NCBI GenBank assembly: GCA_030141605.1
Contig: JAQGDQ010001031.1
Span: 1-64,000, forward strand
Reading direction: 5' to 3'
Origin: Tubiluchus corallicola
Lineage: Eukaryota > Animalia > Priapulida
DNA length: 64,000 nucleotides
Below are positions 13,701-26,849 of the stretch, piece after piece. How positions within the stretch are numbered: the stretch's first letter is position 1; each line of letters begins with the position of its first letter. Both the position numbers and the translations under genes were made by a program. The notes under the pieces are model-generated. The model had not been told where the DNA came from and searched no databases. It was given only the letters and a program-made list of their open reading frames with translations.

Positions 13701-14009
13701 GTAGGAAATACAACGTTTTGTACATTGTAGGAATCTTATGTTTTCAGAATGTTAAATGTTCTAGCTGTTTATAATCTGCAATTTTTAGTATAACCATAAT
13801 TCAAATGTCAACAAATAAATGAAATTAATAACCAGCTGTTGACTGTTGGTAAGACTCTTGGGAATTTACACTGTAAAGTTTATGCATGTTGATGATTAAA
13901 GTTAAAATCAAACTTCAATTTTAGTAATCTTTGCGTATTGAACTTTCCTTAGGGTTTAATGGTCAGCTAAATTGATTGATAAATCAGTCAGCATCTTGCT
14001 TTATCTTAC

Positions 14010-14118
14010 CTTTGTTTAAGGGATGCATGTAGATATCTAAGTAAAAAACGAGAGCCAACATTAATGTTATTGAAACACACACGAATTTGATCCGTATTGA
14101 TTTAGAAAAATATCTCAT
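14010..14118 (-). CDS. Sulfotransferase exon 1 (cytoplasmic tail plus type II signal anchor)
   Basis: ATG at 14118 reads MRYFSKSIRIKFVCVSITLMLALVFYLDIYMHPLNK, followed by the donor AG|gtaaga. The exon is 109 nt (phase 1) and joins the phase-1 acceptor at 10740 in frame (G+AA = Glu), giving a 331-aa protein. Confidence 0.75.
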
Positions 14119-14800
14119 GCTTGAGTTTTACAACGCACAAATTGTAATTCATCAACTGGCATTACGTTTACATGACACGTTCTTTACTTAGTGACATATT
14201 CAACAACATTAGTACATATTCAAGAGTTCCGCTCAAATTTTATCCACTTGGGTCACTCATTCATATTCTTGCAAATTAGCTAGCAGTCGCGACGCATAAC
14301 AAACTCTCGATAAAACTACTTTGAAAATGACTGGGGATTGAAAAAACTTGGTCGGTTACGGGGTCTTACTGGCAGCTTTCCAGAAAAGGAATTCTTGACA
14401 TTGTGTTTCTTTCACTTCTGCTAAAGTGAAATCAAGTGCCAGACTATTTTTGCGAATGAAGAATATTTTTCTTTTAATATTTTCTTCTGCTTCAATAAGC
14501 TTTCGCTGAGTGTATAATTTGGAGAACTTTGGCGCACAGTTTGTCAATATTTTTTGTTTCACGTACCAAGTGTATTTTGTATAACCAGCGTTTTAGAACT
14601 GCGTTGATATATTACCATTTGCTATAGTAAGTGTACATTAAAGTTAAATATTAGAGCAGCAAAGTATGCTTCTTAAAAGTCTTTTTAACTTGCTTGCATA
14701 TGGCTACAGGCAATCGTTTCTAGCCTTTTCGCGCTAAACACAGTTGGCTATCGTGTAATTTTCTTTCTTAACCGGAGATGCAAGACTAAATTCTGTGAAA

Positions 14801-15875
14801 ATGCGCAGAAAACGAAACGTCAAGTCATTTTGGTAGAAGCAGACAGTCTGGCAATGAATATTTTTTGATATTTATGCTGTCATATAACTTTTTAATGAAT
14901 CTTCTAGAGGATCAATTCTCTCCCAAATTATATGTTGATCGGTATCAACAAAGACTGACTACAATTCACGTTGCTCTGACTGCATGTGATAATAAGACGA
15001 GAATTTTGGAGCAATTTTACATTGTAGTGAAGTCTACTCTTATGGTAACATCAGCTTTTATTCACTTTCATATTTTTACCAACAATAATATTACTAAAAG
15101 TTCATTGGGTGAAGTTCTTAGCGAAATGAGAACGACAAAACAATTTGTGGAAAACTTTTACCTTCCATGGTATCCTCCAGGTGAAAATTATACAAAGCGG
15201 TTGAATCCAGGGGATAAACGTTGCAACACTGCGTGGTTATTCCTACCGGATGTTTTACAAAATGTGGACAAGATTTTGGTGATTGATTTAGACGTTATTG
15301 TAGTGAAGCCTCTAGAACAGCTCTGGTGTCACTTTGACAATATGTCCCAATCTCAGATGATGGGACTTGCGTTTGATTTTTCGGGACCAAACAATTCTCG
15401 TCTAATGGATCGTTATCATGGTCAGCATTATCAACATCAAAAGGAATCAGAATTATTTCTCAGACCCAGAGAGGTTTAAATTCTGGAATTGTTTTACTGG
15501 ACTTGAGCAAAATGCGAAAGTCAAGCTGGAAAAATCGAAATTTTACGAATATTTAAAATTACCAGTGAATGTTCAGCAGAGAAAAGCGTTTTTACTGCAA
15601 AATACTGTTTTTTACCACAAAATACCTGCAATGTTTATTTTCATGAAAATCCTGAGAGGTTGTACTTTCTTCCTTGTCACTGGAACTTCTGGTGGGGACA
15701 CGGATTCAGATACGAATTCTGCAAGACTGCTCAAGCACGTGGCATAGGAATTGTGCACGGAGCTTGGGGAACTTTTTACAAGAAAGAGAATAAATGTAAA
15801 TGGATCTTTTCTTACTTATTTAATCTGTATAAATCCGTGCAGGTTAATGAAGCTAAAGTTTGTGTAGGCGTTTAG
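14801..15875 (+). pseudogene. GT8 glucoside xylosyltransferase (GXYLT/shams-like) pseudogene with no intron seen
   Basis: Motifs IHVALTAC, FHIFT, LFLPDVLQNVDKILVIDLDVIVVKPLEQLW (DxD), RGLNSGIVLLDLSKMR, QNTCNVYFHENPERLYFLPCHWNF and GIGIVHG are spread over different frames. Stops in the N-terminus, a frameshift near 15470 and further stops/frameshifts at 15550-15620. Confidence 0.85.
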
Positions 15876-16289
15876 CTAAATCATTTAAAGCAGTCAATAT
15901 TTTTCTAGTGTTGTTTTTATCGTTTTTCAATAGGTCTTTATAAATTTGTTTTTTAGCTTTCTCGTTTGTTTGATTTAGGATATTACAGTAAGTTTTATTG
16001 ATCTCAAAAGTCCTGCTGTTTTTTTGTGTGTTTTCTGAATCGTTGCTTAAAAATAGTGTTTCAAGACAAGTGCTTATTAATTACCCCACTCAGGTTTTCG
16101 AATAAAACATTAAAACCCTTTATTAGCTTTAATATTAAAAGCTTCGGTTAATACATGTAATATTTTTATAGAGTTTCTAACTTGTTTTTTTCGTTTAGAT
16201 AAAGACTTGTTGTCAATTGCAAAAATAGGTAAAAGATCAGTCTTTTATAACATATTGTCAGGGGTTATAGGGTTCACTAAATCATTAGC

Positions 16290-16336
16290 ATATATATATA
16301 TATATATACATAAATATTGTTTAGCACCTATGTCTA

Positions 16337-16380
<44 letters not shown>
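16290..16380. repeat. (AT)n / (AC)n microsatellites
   Basis: Direct inspection. Confidence 0.9.
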
Positions 16381-16383
<3 letters not shown>

Positions 16384-17413
16384 TGATCACCATTTGAGAT
16401 TTATTGGTAATCCTTGCGGGTTTAGTGATTAAAGGGATCAAATATACTAATATTGTTGGCATAGAACGTATTAGCAAGATTCAGTATATCAGACTGGTCG
16501 CTCTGTGTAACAAACAATTAATCTTCTGTTAGACTTTGATATATGGCAGTAAGCTGTTAATGCACTGCAAACAGAACAATGAATCATTAGTGTTAGTTAG
16601 TAGAGCAAACTCGTCATTGCATAACGAACTGCAATTTTTGTGCACCCATTTTTACATATGTCACAAAAAACCCTGCTTGCAAGGAATGCAGGGGTGACGA
16701 ATTACCATAATTCTGATAATAAGCCTATAATAATTTATATCAGCTTATTTACATGTTGAATATCATAGTTACAATAATATAGACAATTTATCTTAATTTG
16801 TTCAAGTGACTTTCAGTTTTAATTTCAAGTGGCTCACGTTCATCACTAATTAGAAAATAGATACAGCCTTGATTAGTCCACACTGATATGTATTTTTTGA
16901 GTTTCTTAACTGTTATAAGTTTAGCAAGTTGTTCATTTCTACATCTGCGTTAAACAATTTTTGATGAAGATTTTGACACTTTTGAAACAACCAATTTCAA
17001 TATTTTTTTGCGATAAGAGTGATCTTTTCATCATTCTTGCAGGACTATATGCCGGGAACCTAGTGGCCATTTTGTTTTTTGCTTATTGGACGGTTATAGT
17101 TCTCTTGCATTGCTTTTGGGGTCTAATAAGAGTTCTTTTAGATTCAGCATGGTCGGTTCATAAATATAATTTGCTCTTCTTATAATAAATATATAGGTAA
17201 AACTGTTAATGCAATTGAATGATCGGCATAATTTCCTTGCGCGTTGCGGCCATTTCAGGTAAACTAATATAAAAAAATACCAATGTTGTTTAAAAGATTG
17301 TAAATCAGCAGCAGCATAACGACAACAAACAGTAGCACTGAATAAACAATTAGTTATTTACATATACAGTAAAAAGAATAAAAAAGTTTCTGTTATTAAA
17401 ATAATGTTCTCAG

Positions 17414-18425
17414 TTTGGGAACAATCTGCAGAAATGCGTTAAACGGAAATGTGAGCGTTTTGCAGTTCAGTAGTTTGGTTTGTTTGCTAAGTTACCTATG
17501 CTGTGCAGCCTAAATAGTCTGCACTTTAGCTGCATTGAAATCACTTGTAAAATTGTATCTTCACTACATGCAATTCAGATATTCAAATGTGTCATACATA
17601 ACAATGAAAAGATTATCAGGGAGACTCGGAAACAACATGTTTAGCTATGCTTCCTTGTATGGAATTGCGTGTGCAAATTACCTTACACCAGTGTTGCCAA
17701 AGGATTTTGCGTTATACGATGTCTTTCTGCGTCTAAAAATACCATCAAAGTCTTCAGTGAGATATTTGCACTTTAAAAAACAATTTTCGTGAGTTAGACT
17801 AAGGTATGCCGCAATGTTTTCCCCTTATTTGCATAAGTTAATAGATTACTTTGGATACCCCATGAACATTAGTTTGGAAAGGTACCTTCATCCATATATA
17901 TATTTTAATGTCTTGAAAAATGAAATTAAAGGTCAGTTTTGTTTTAACAGTAAAACAATTTTAAAAGCGAAAATGTTGTTAAATTATGAATTACAGCAGA
18001 GAGGCATTTTTGCTGCTACAACAAAATTAGTGGGAATTCACGTACGAAGGGGCGATATCTTTTCAACAATTTTCCAAGTCCCTTCAGCTGCCTATATCAA
18101 AAGAGTTATGGGCTTTATGAAAAGCAAATTTACCAGCGTAGTGTTTGTTGTTATTGGCAAAGATACAAACTGGAACAAAGAGAACATTAATGGATCAGTT
18201 GTCGTTTTCATGCCTAACAACAGTGAGCCTGTTCTTGACATGTGCATTGTCAGTCAACTATGTAATCACGTGATCACAACAGTAGGAACGTTCAGTTTCT
18301 GGTGTGGATATTTATCAAACGGAACTGTAGTATACTTTCGTGATATGCTTCCTGATGGGTACAGAGACAAAACGCGATGGTTCGTTTTTTCTAAGTTATT
18401 ATGCTCTATGTTATTTCTAAGCTGA
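17414..18425 (+). pseudogene. GT11 alpha-1,2-fucosyltransferase (FUT1/FUT2-like), probable pseudogene
   Basis: Motifs GRLGNNMFSYASLYGIA, VGIHVRRGD and DMCIVSQLCNHVITTVGTFSFWCGYLSNGTVVY. ORFs 17535-17792 and 17814-18425 share a frame and are separated by TGA at 17790-92. There is another in-frame TAA at 17511 and the C-terminus is atypical. Confidence 0.85.
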
Positions 18426-18639
18426 GATAATCCACGTTGAAGCTGAGGTCCAGGTGGCATACTGAAAAACTTAATCTTGAGAAAATCTCTGTTAAATTTA
18501 GCCATTGTTCTTTGGCGCGTCTCTGCAAAACACTTAGCAACTGAACGAAAGTGGACTTTATACTGGGCTTATCAGCAAAATGACTGATACGGCGAGCTAC
18601 TACCGGAGTTTGAAAACACAAGTTTTTTATAATGTCAGT

Positions 18640-18900
18640 TTAAACCCAGTGGAATGTGACAGCATGCATAGTGTTATGGAATGGAAAATTCTGCCTGATG
18701 TCTTTAGTGAAAGACATTACTTGATCATAATGCAGACTGCGAGAAATTGACTTGTATGATACGTAGTTAAACAAATGAAACACCCTGATTTCATGAAAAT
18801 GAAAAATTTATACATAAAGAGCATCAAACCGAAAAAAAAATCAGGAGATCCTACTATTCACGACTTGAGAGCACAAAATGCGATTTTTTAATCTGCAAAT
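18640..18900 (+). mobile_element. DNA transposase remnant (DDE type; superfamily uncertain, Sola/Chapaev-like)
   Basis: ECDSMHSVME...VFSERHYLIIMQTAR...HPDF....Y.KSIKP.KKSGDPTIHDLRA with internal stops resembles the C-terminal part of invertebrate/fish DNA transposases. Confidence 0.5.
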
Positions 18901-20989
18901 TGGGCTCCTAGCTTCGGCCCAATCAGTTTGTGAATGACCTAAAAAAGATTCGGAAATTTCCAGCTAATTTCTTTCTATGAAACATGTCAAGATACCTGAA
19001 TATCAGCACTTCTTTGACAACTGTATCCATGCATAATTAGATACATTACATAAGGCTTATCTACAAAGTGTATGTTGTACAATAAAATTTTTGTCAAGTT
19101 ATCAAATAGTTGTCTGTTTATCATTTCTGTATTTTAATTTGTAGTTGCTTTGATATTTGTGGTTTCTGTAGCTTGTAGTGTAACATAATTGTCATTGTAC
19201 CAATTTAGTAATACAGCATCATGACCCCGCTCATCTGAAGCTTCTGCTCTCCTTGTCTAAATAAGTTTTTGTATAATAAATATTGTAGAATGTAAACTTG
19301 AAACCAATTATGATCGATCAAGCGAAAACTAAAAATGCCTGTATCATAGCTGTGCATTGATAAAGGTGTCTATGTCATGCCACGCCACTAATATAATTAT
19401 AAAGAGACCAAGAAATTTAACATGTTTAGTGTCTAGTAATGACTCGGCATGTACTAAAAAATTAATACATCGGTGAGAAATAACAACGTTTTATCTGTTT
19501 TTTTTAAAACCCCTGCATGTTATATGTTTTATGTTTCTTGTTGTACAGTAGTATTTATCGAGTTACGACAAACAATTCCGGAGGTTTGGTTGCGGGGCTA
19601 CCACCAAATTTTGTTTAACGAATCCCGTCTTAATTCGTTGAGTGCGCGCAAAGTTACGCGAGACTAAATACAAACTTAAGTCGTCTACTTGAATTCCGCC
19701 AACTTTCCTGGAAGCTACTCGCGATTAGGGCGCTACTTAGGACGTAAAACGTCTACATAAAGTTTTGCAAATATTTCAGTGCGCCTAAAGTCCACTTAAG
19801 ACAAGAAACATGTATTCGCAGTATACTCAAATGGAACTGCTTCTGATCTTCGGTCACTTAGTGAGATAATGGAATAAGTTGATAGGTGATGTAAAGAGTA
19901 GTTAGAAATAAAAGTTACGCTCCATAGAAACATGCAACTAAAAGGATAGGTGGTTGTTGAGAAAAGTTTATCTGTCATGTTGCCTGGCTGTTTTCCTGGT
20001 ACGAGAACACACTGCAGTGGCATCACTTCTTGTTCAGGTAATTCTCTTGCAAAATCACTTAATATAATCGCTTAATCTAAATGCAGTAATACGAAAATTG
20101 TCTGATAAATCGTTTAAGAATCAACATAGAACGTCCTTGATTGATACCTACAGAGTGATACCTATAGAGTATCAAGATGATATTGATTCTGTTAAATATT
20201 GCTCATCTTTTCTTTATTTTTCTTGTTATTATATTTTGAGCCCTTTTTATTATGTTCTGCATCAAAGTAGAATTTTCTTTTGCGTAAAATTTTGTTAAAG
20301 ATAGGCCATACTGATTTAAATAATTATAATTTGATTTCTGTTTTTGGTAAATTTAGATAATCACATATAAAAGTTTGTCAAATCTCTGAACAGTAACTTT
20401 GTTGCCATGCGTGTGAGTTATTGTAATGCATGAAGAATTTTGATTTTTTTGCTCTTGAAATAATCCGTTGATTGGTTCCTTTTATTATATTATTTTTCAA
20501 AGCTTGCACGCGTTGTTGTAAATGTACTTTCTAAATGTACATTTCATAAGTCTGTTTATACTGACGTAAATTTTGATTTGTTATGGTTTCGTTTGTTTAA
20601 AATTTGTTTTGTTAAGGTTTATTTCTTAACTGTTCTTGGGTATGCAACTGTTTTCAATATTTTATTTGGAATTTTTTAACAAATAACCTAATACATTTTA
20701 CATATGTAAAAATTCTAGAGCCTGGTGACGAGTTAGCAATTATTTGAAACAATGCAAATATATTTGCGTACAACAATGATTTTGTTTATAAAAAAGAGCA
20801 ATCAACTAAAACAACATCGTTTTTCTTCAATTTTTCATTTTCTAAATATCAAACATGAAACAAAGTAACGACATGTTAACACCACAACTTTTTGGTAGAC
20901 TGACACTGACACCACTTGTTGAATAATTATTACAAAGTTAAGGCCTGATATCAGGTGCACAGGTATCGCATTCTTGTGAAAAAGAAACT

Positions 20990-21500
20990 GTTCCTGTTAT
21001 AAATAATTTAAAAGTTACAGGGCTGGTCACAAATTTCTGTATGCATTAATAGATAGCAGCACTAGATATCACGAATTTCAAGGTTCACAGAATTTCTTAC
21101 ATATCAACTGGTGCGCTTTGATTTATGAACTGAATTTGTAACTGAACATTTCAAAATCGACCTTGAATGTCCCCTCATCTCCTTTGAAGACGTTTTTCTT
21201 AATTGCTGTTAGTCTGGCAATACAACTGATTCAGGTGGTATTGTTGAGTAAGAAGCCACGGGCGGAGGTGGAGCAATCAGTTCAGGAGTCAGCGTTGACT
21301 CGTAGTATAGCCTTACCCTGGTTGCAGCATACTCAACTTTGCTCATCACCTCCTCATAATAATTCTGAGACTGTGATATCTCTACTTGGCTCTCCAGCAA
21401 GCCCTGATTTTCTTGATGCACTGCATTAAAGTCTTTAGCTAAATTGTTTAGCCCATTATCTTCTCTCCTAAGATGACCAGAAGCACATCTAGATTCCATA
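20990..21500 (-). mobile_element. Degenerate BEL/Pao LTR-retrotransposon gag remnant
   Basis: Helical ORF 21209-21499 ends PPESVVLP and is followed by frameshifted FKGD, NSVHKS and KF..L...SAA segments resembling DUF1759. Confidence 0.4.
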
Positions 21501-21840
21501 AACTGAGTCGCAAACTAATTACAAAACTAATTTTCAAATTACTGTTTGCTCTCTGTAAATAACTGTGTAAGAAACGATTGCCATGGCAATTTCTAACAGG
21601 CGCTGGGCAGACCCATTGACTAGAAGGACAAAATTAGTGTCAAGCATGGGTGCTCTGTGTAAGCAACTATATAAACTTGTTTACCAGTAATGGCTTTCGG
21701 GCCACAATACGCATGTCTGGATTTGGTGGTCTTTAGTCGAATATCGCTGTTACAACCATCAGGCGTACGTGGAGATACGTAGTATAATAATAAGATATCG
21801 TGGACTATAGTCGAATTTCGCAGTTAAAGAAAATACTGTA

Positions 21841-22191
21841 TTATTTGACTAAAGTCGAACTTAGCACCAAATTTTTTTGTAGACTTTTGCAGTTGTGATG
21901 AAAGAAAGAAAAACTGTAATCTTTATTTTCCGTTTCCAGTTTTGTGCTGAATTTTTTATTAAATTGGTCTTCTGTCATGTGAGAACTAGTCTGATTAGTC
22001 ACACTATTGTAGAAGTTCAGGCCTGTGTCAATGTTAGCTTTCTCATTATACATAAATAGAATGAATTGCAGTTTATTCAGATCTTTTATACAAATACCTA
22101 ATGTAATGTTTAAAATATCTAGATTATGAGGGAATTTTGTATTTGTTTGTATTGTAGTGTTAATAGAATGCAATGTAAATAACATTAACAA
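21841..22191 (-). mobile_element. LINE ORF2 5' fragment (start of APE endonuclease)
   Basis: IDTGLNFYN...TEDQFN...FSFFHHNCKSLQKN resembles L2/CR1-group ORF2 N-termini. Confidence 0.6.
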
Positions 22192-22810
22192 ATCTTAAAA
22201 AAGAACAAATAAAGAACAGAAATTCATGATAACAAATAAAAACTACCATAAACAGTTAAATCCCAAACAGTTAGTCCCTGCAGATGAGACGGCTCTTAAA
22301 CATTTGTTTAATTTTCCCTAAAAATTCAACTCTGTGCTGATTAATGTATTGTTGTGATGGCATTAAGGTGAGTCATGAATGAGAGATTATAAGCTTGCTA
22401 GACGCACAGCTTCTTAAGTCAACTCATCCAACAAATGTATTAGGTGCATTCAAATGAAACGGTTTATTACGTTTTAATCAGTATAATAGTAATAGTATGA
22501 TTATCAGTAATAACAGTACTATGTTTTAATACTATATTTATTATGAGTTCACTTTTAGTTATAAGAACAAGCTAGTTTTTTTATATTACACAAATATCAG
22601 TCGACGAATAACGTGATAAATAACGTGAAAAAATGAAGTAAACTGTTGTTCGAATGTTCAGGATTGGCCAGCAAGAGCGTTTGGCAATGAAAAGTGTAGC
22701 TATGTGAACTTAGCCCATAGTGGTTGAAACAAAGTTTATTTGTGTTTCAGGGGTTTTATAATTTTTCTGTGCATTTATAATCACTAACAAAATTTTGCTT
22801 CTTCTTTTAG

Positions 22811-23540
22811 TCTAGGAGTTCTGGTTTGATTACAATGGGAAATTGTACAATCCAGTTTATCCTTCTGACTTCCTATTCCCACCAAATAGATATATTTCTC
22901 AATATGATGGGAATAGTTTAGTAAGAATAAGTGGCAATGACAAGTAGTATTCATTTGGTGAACAGAGAAACACGTTAATGGTCCTTGATCAGATGCAATT
23001 CGAGTACTTTGAAACAGCAAATATCAATAATGAAACTTTCTTTAAAATTCACCTGATTGCACAGTTTGTCTCTCTCTTGGTTATGTCTGCCAGCATGACT
23101 ATCATATTCCCAAAGATATTAATATAAACTGTTTACTTCAAACAGGTTTCTGGGTAGAGCGTGCACAGTACAAATCTGTGTGATGGAGAATATACAGTAC
23201 ATGCATTTATACAAGGAATTGTCATCATAAGAAAAGCAACTAGTTTACAATAAAATTTATTCTATGAAGGATCATCTTATTTAAGAATAAATAAATGTCT
23301 TAATAAAAGTCTCGATTATGAAACTTGAGAGCTTTCATTCAGGATCATACAGCTGAAAGCGAAGGCACAGCATAAGTATCTAACAAAATCTAACCGGCTG
23401 TTGATTATTCATTACCATGTGTCCAATCAAGTCATTATATGCTATACCCAAGTTGACGTTCTGCCAAATTAACTTGCAAAGACAGTCTACATACATGAAT
23501 CCCAAAATACAGATTCACCTGTATGATCACATAAAATTGC
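22811..23540 (+). pseudogene. Possible degenerate C-type lectin-like and sushi/CCP-like exons
   Basis: After the acceptor cttcttttag the frame reads EFWFDYNG..., with a frameshifted SPDCTVCLSLGYVCQ (CTL-like ending). After ctttcattcag it reads VDYSLPC...YML....KLTC.....*IPK..FTC (sushi-like). Stops and frameshifts are present. Confidence 0.3.
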
Positions 23541-23719
23541 ATACGCCAAGCATTAGCACTCTATGTACATTTAGCCTGTTATGTAATTCTTTACAACTAC
23601 AATAATTGTTTAGCTAAGATGCTGTTATAAACAACAGTTTACAATAAAGAAGAAAGAAGAAACTAGTTTACAATAAAATACATGCTGTACAAGTTCGTCT
23701 TATTTGTGTTGTCCTAAGA

Positions 23720-24040
23720 AAAGGCTCACTTCTGTAAATTCTAAGAATACACCTCCAATCGATCCATGTGCCTAGCTGCTCCCAAACTCGGTACGGACGA
23801 GTTTACAATGTTGAACAAAGAATTTCTGAACATGTAGCTTCCAACGTTAGTGCCATTTTGCTGGTTGAAAAGTCTGTGTAAAAGTTCATACCCTCGCTCA
23901 GCATGAACGAAAATCATCTCTTCCATATTAACCATCTCGTCTAAGATTATCAAATACTTGAAGTTCAACCTATTACAACACAAGCAGCTATTAACTGAAG
24001 ACAACCATGCAGCAGTTCTGAACTGAAGACAACGGTGCAA
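23720..24040 (-). pseudogene. GT92 (DUF23, galactosyltransferase-like) gene fragment
   Basis: RTAAWLSSVNSCLCCNRLNFKYLIILD....EEMIF...NVGSYMFRNSLF matches the GT92 core pattern (Q..A.NDCLYR...YKYV...DLDE.I.P...AY.F.N..F). Truncated on both sides, with the DxD-like motif disrupted. Confidence 0.55.
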
Positions 24041-24699
24041 CAGTTCTGCACCGAAATTGCCTCATTTTCGGTGGCTTGAGCACTTCCTTGTGCGTTACGT
24101 TTGCGTCGCGTATGCTCCTTTTAGTGATACGCACGTAATTTCAACAGGTTTCAACTTCCACATTGTGCATCTGATACTAATTACATGGACTCCACTTTCA
24201 TATACCCCCGCCCCTGACTCCATATAATGATTAAAAATGAAATTTTTTAAAAAAAAATTATGTAATGTAATACGTGTTATGTTAGTTTCGTGTTTCGTAA
24301 TGTTAAATGTATAAATAGTGTGCACTATGTAATGTAAAATTTAATGTACTTTCCTATAATTGTTTGTAAAAATATTTTAATATGGTATTTGTAAATATGT
24401 TCATTATATTGTATATAGTTTGCACTTTAGTTTTTTTAGTATGCGCTGGACGCATTTGTCTTGAACAGTGTTGTTATTTTAACATTACGCTGAGGCTAAC
24501 TCAATTTTATTATAATGAGGGAACCGTTTTTATGACAAATAAAGAATTAATGTATATATATATAATTATTGATGCGTATGACGACACGACCTGATTCCCA
24601 TTTTAAAACTTAAATTTAAATTTGTACACGTTAGTATAAATTATTACCATCATAATTCTTTATTTTGAGCATCTATTTTTATTACTGTCATAATTCTTT

Positions 24700-25870
24700 A
24701 TTTATATATTATTATAAATACATACATTTATACATGCGCCCTCTATTTGCAGGGCTATAACAGTTAACAGTATTTACATTTCATATATAACAACTTACAA
24801 TAGCCATGCTAGTATTGTATTATTATTGTTACCTTCCTAACTGACATTGATAACAATTTTATTAAATTAATTAATCCTGTTTGGTTAGTGACAAAACAAA
24901 ATTATCTAACAAGATATTGACAAAGTTAATTAAAATCAGATTATCAAGACAAGTTAACATATAATTAACATCCTGGTGCTGTAAAACGCGTACAAAGTTT
25001 TCTCGTTTAAAGCCACTTACAAATATGCAATTAAACAACAGACGATGTTGGGTTTGCCTCCCCTCTATACCCTGGCAAATACTATTGTCTGCATAATGAA
25101 TATTGAACAGAAAATAATTAAAATTACCTTGATCTGTTAGAAATGTGCAGGCTAAAACCTCAAGTTTTCTATTATCTCTTTGTACTGGAATAGTCAAGGG
25201 AGATGTACTTAAAAAATATGGATAAACTGGAGATGCCCCAGAAAGATATCTGTTGCGACACTTACATTTCCTTAATGCTAATATGTAATTATCAATATCA
25301 CTTTTATTATATTTAATGACTGTTTATTGATTATATGCTTTTAATGAATATTTAATTTCTCGTAAATCTAAATTCCGGGCAGTAAAATCTTTAGTTATTC
25401 TTAAAAATTCATTAGACGCCAATAAAGCAAATGTAAAAAGTGCCTGTTTAGAGGTATAAGACTGTTATTTAGTCGAAACAAATTTAATTTTACTGGATCA
25501 CTGTTCATCATTGACAAAGTTTTTAAGATAAATTTCGTTGCTAAGCATTTCCACATAATCTCTAAAGGAGGTAATCCGCATACTAACTCCAACTTGTCAC
25601 GGGATGGGTGGAAGCGACAACCTGTCGCAGTTTTCATGACGTCATAAATTAGGTCGTCAAAGAACTCATATTTGCCAGCCATCCAAGCAGTCGCACATAT
25701 AAAATAATAGGTAATACCAGTGCTTTAAACGATGCAATTACTGCAATCAAACTAAAACCTTTATACAAATAACCTTTATGTCGAATTGCCATCCACCTGT
25801 TCCAAGGTTCTTTATAACATTATTAATGTGTTTACTGAATGTTAATGAGTTATCTATTAACTCATAAATT
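24700..25870 (-). mobile_element. LINE 3' end (post-RT region and 3' UTR), degenerate
   Basis: FKALVLP..., KTATGC...LELVCGLPPLEI. A terminal stem-loop gccct-gcaaatag-agggc near 24737-24755 is followed by an AT-rich tail. Confidence 0.6.
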
Positions 25871-26185
25871 CAAATTCGTTTGAATTAATTAACAACAATA
25901 AGCTTTTCAAGTACAGATATCTGACCCAAAGGAGCAATAAACAAGTGTGCCAGTTCTGATTCACTTGGCTAACATGTTATCTCGTAAAGGATTTTCTATG
26001 GGAACATATTGTAACTGTTGCATGGTTTGCGATTTTTGTACCCTAGGTGGCTGACTGTTTCAGCTACTTGCAACTTCTGCTATTACCAGACATGCATACT
26101 GCGCTCCAGTACTGCAAATCACCCCATGACCTCTCACAATTTTGTGGCAAACGATTTTCTCTCCGTGCTCTAAATTAATTCTAAA

Positions 26186-26578
26186 CTAGCAAAGGGCCCG
26201 CAAAAAATTTTGCGTATAAATACCATCATAATCAAAAATATGCGAACATCCTACCTAGTATTCGTTTACTTAACTAACGCAAAGCCAGTAGCAGCAGCTT
26301 TTACTGAATTAAAGTTATAAGGTTATAGACAGAGTATAATGGATGACGTCAGAACAATTGCTTTGCGTCAGCAGTTTTCCAAGCGAAAATTGCCAAAAAT
26401 TGAACATCTAATTAACTTGTCGACACTCCTCTCGGTGGACGTGTCCTAAAATATAGCCCACATATCTCCTTTCGAGAGTCCCTCCAGGCGCCACCAGAAT
26501 GTTTTTTCTACAGGCCTTTTGACAAAAAATTTTAAATATATATATAACCCATACCACGGAAATTATTTATATATACGA
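26186..26578 (-). mobile_element. Short non-autonomous Helitron
   Basis: The minus strand starts A|TCgtatatataaa and ends with hairpin cgcaaaattttttgcg, then ggccctttgCTAG|T. Homologous to 40369-40780. Confidence 0.75.
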
Positions 26579-26849
26579 TTCTGTCAATGCTAGAAGATAA
26601 AAGTGATCCGTTGAGGAGACTATGTTTACACAGTTAGATCTTTGTTCTAGCACAAGATCAGCACTTTAGACTCTACACAATACACCACAGCAATTTGCTT
26701 CTGAAATTATGATGTATTAAGATCTTAGATATATGACGTTGAAAAATTGGTACCAGAAAACTAGCTGTTTGTAGTGCGGCCTGAGTAGAGTCTAGCTCAG
26801 TATAAAGCCCAAACCTCAAAGAAGAGCCACTGAACTGTGAGCGGTGAAA

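Noticed and set aside
17790-17792. Selenocysteine or readthrough at the in-frame TGA of the fucosyltransferase
   Set aside because: A second in-frame stop (TAA at 17511) and an atypical C-terminus point to a pseudogene, and GT11 enzymes are not known selenoproteins.
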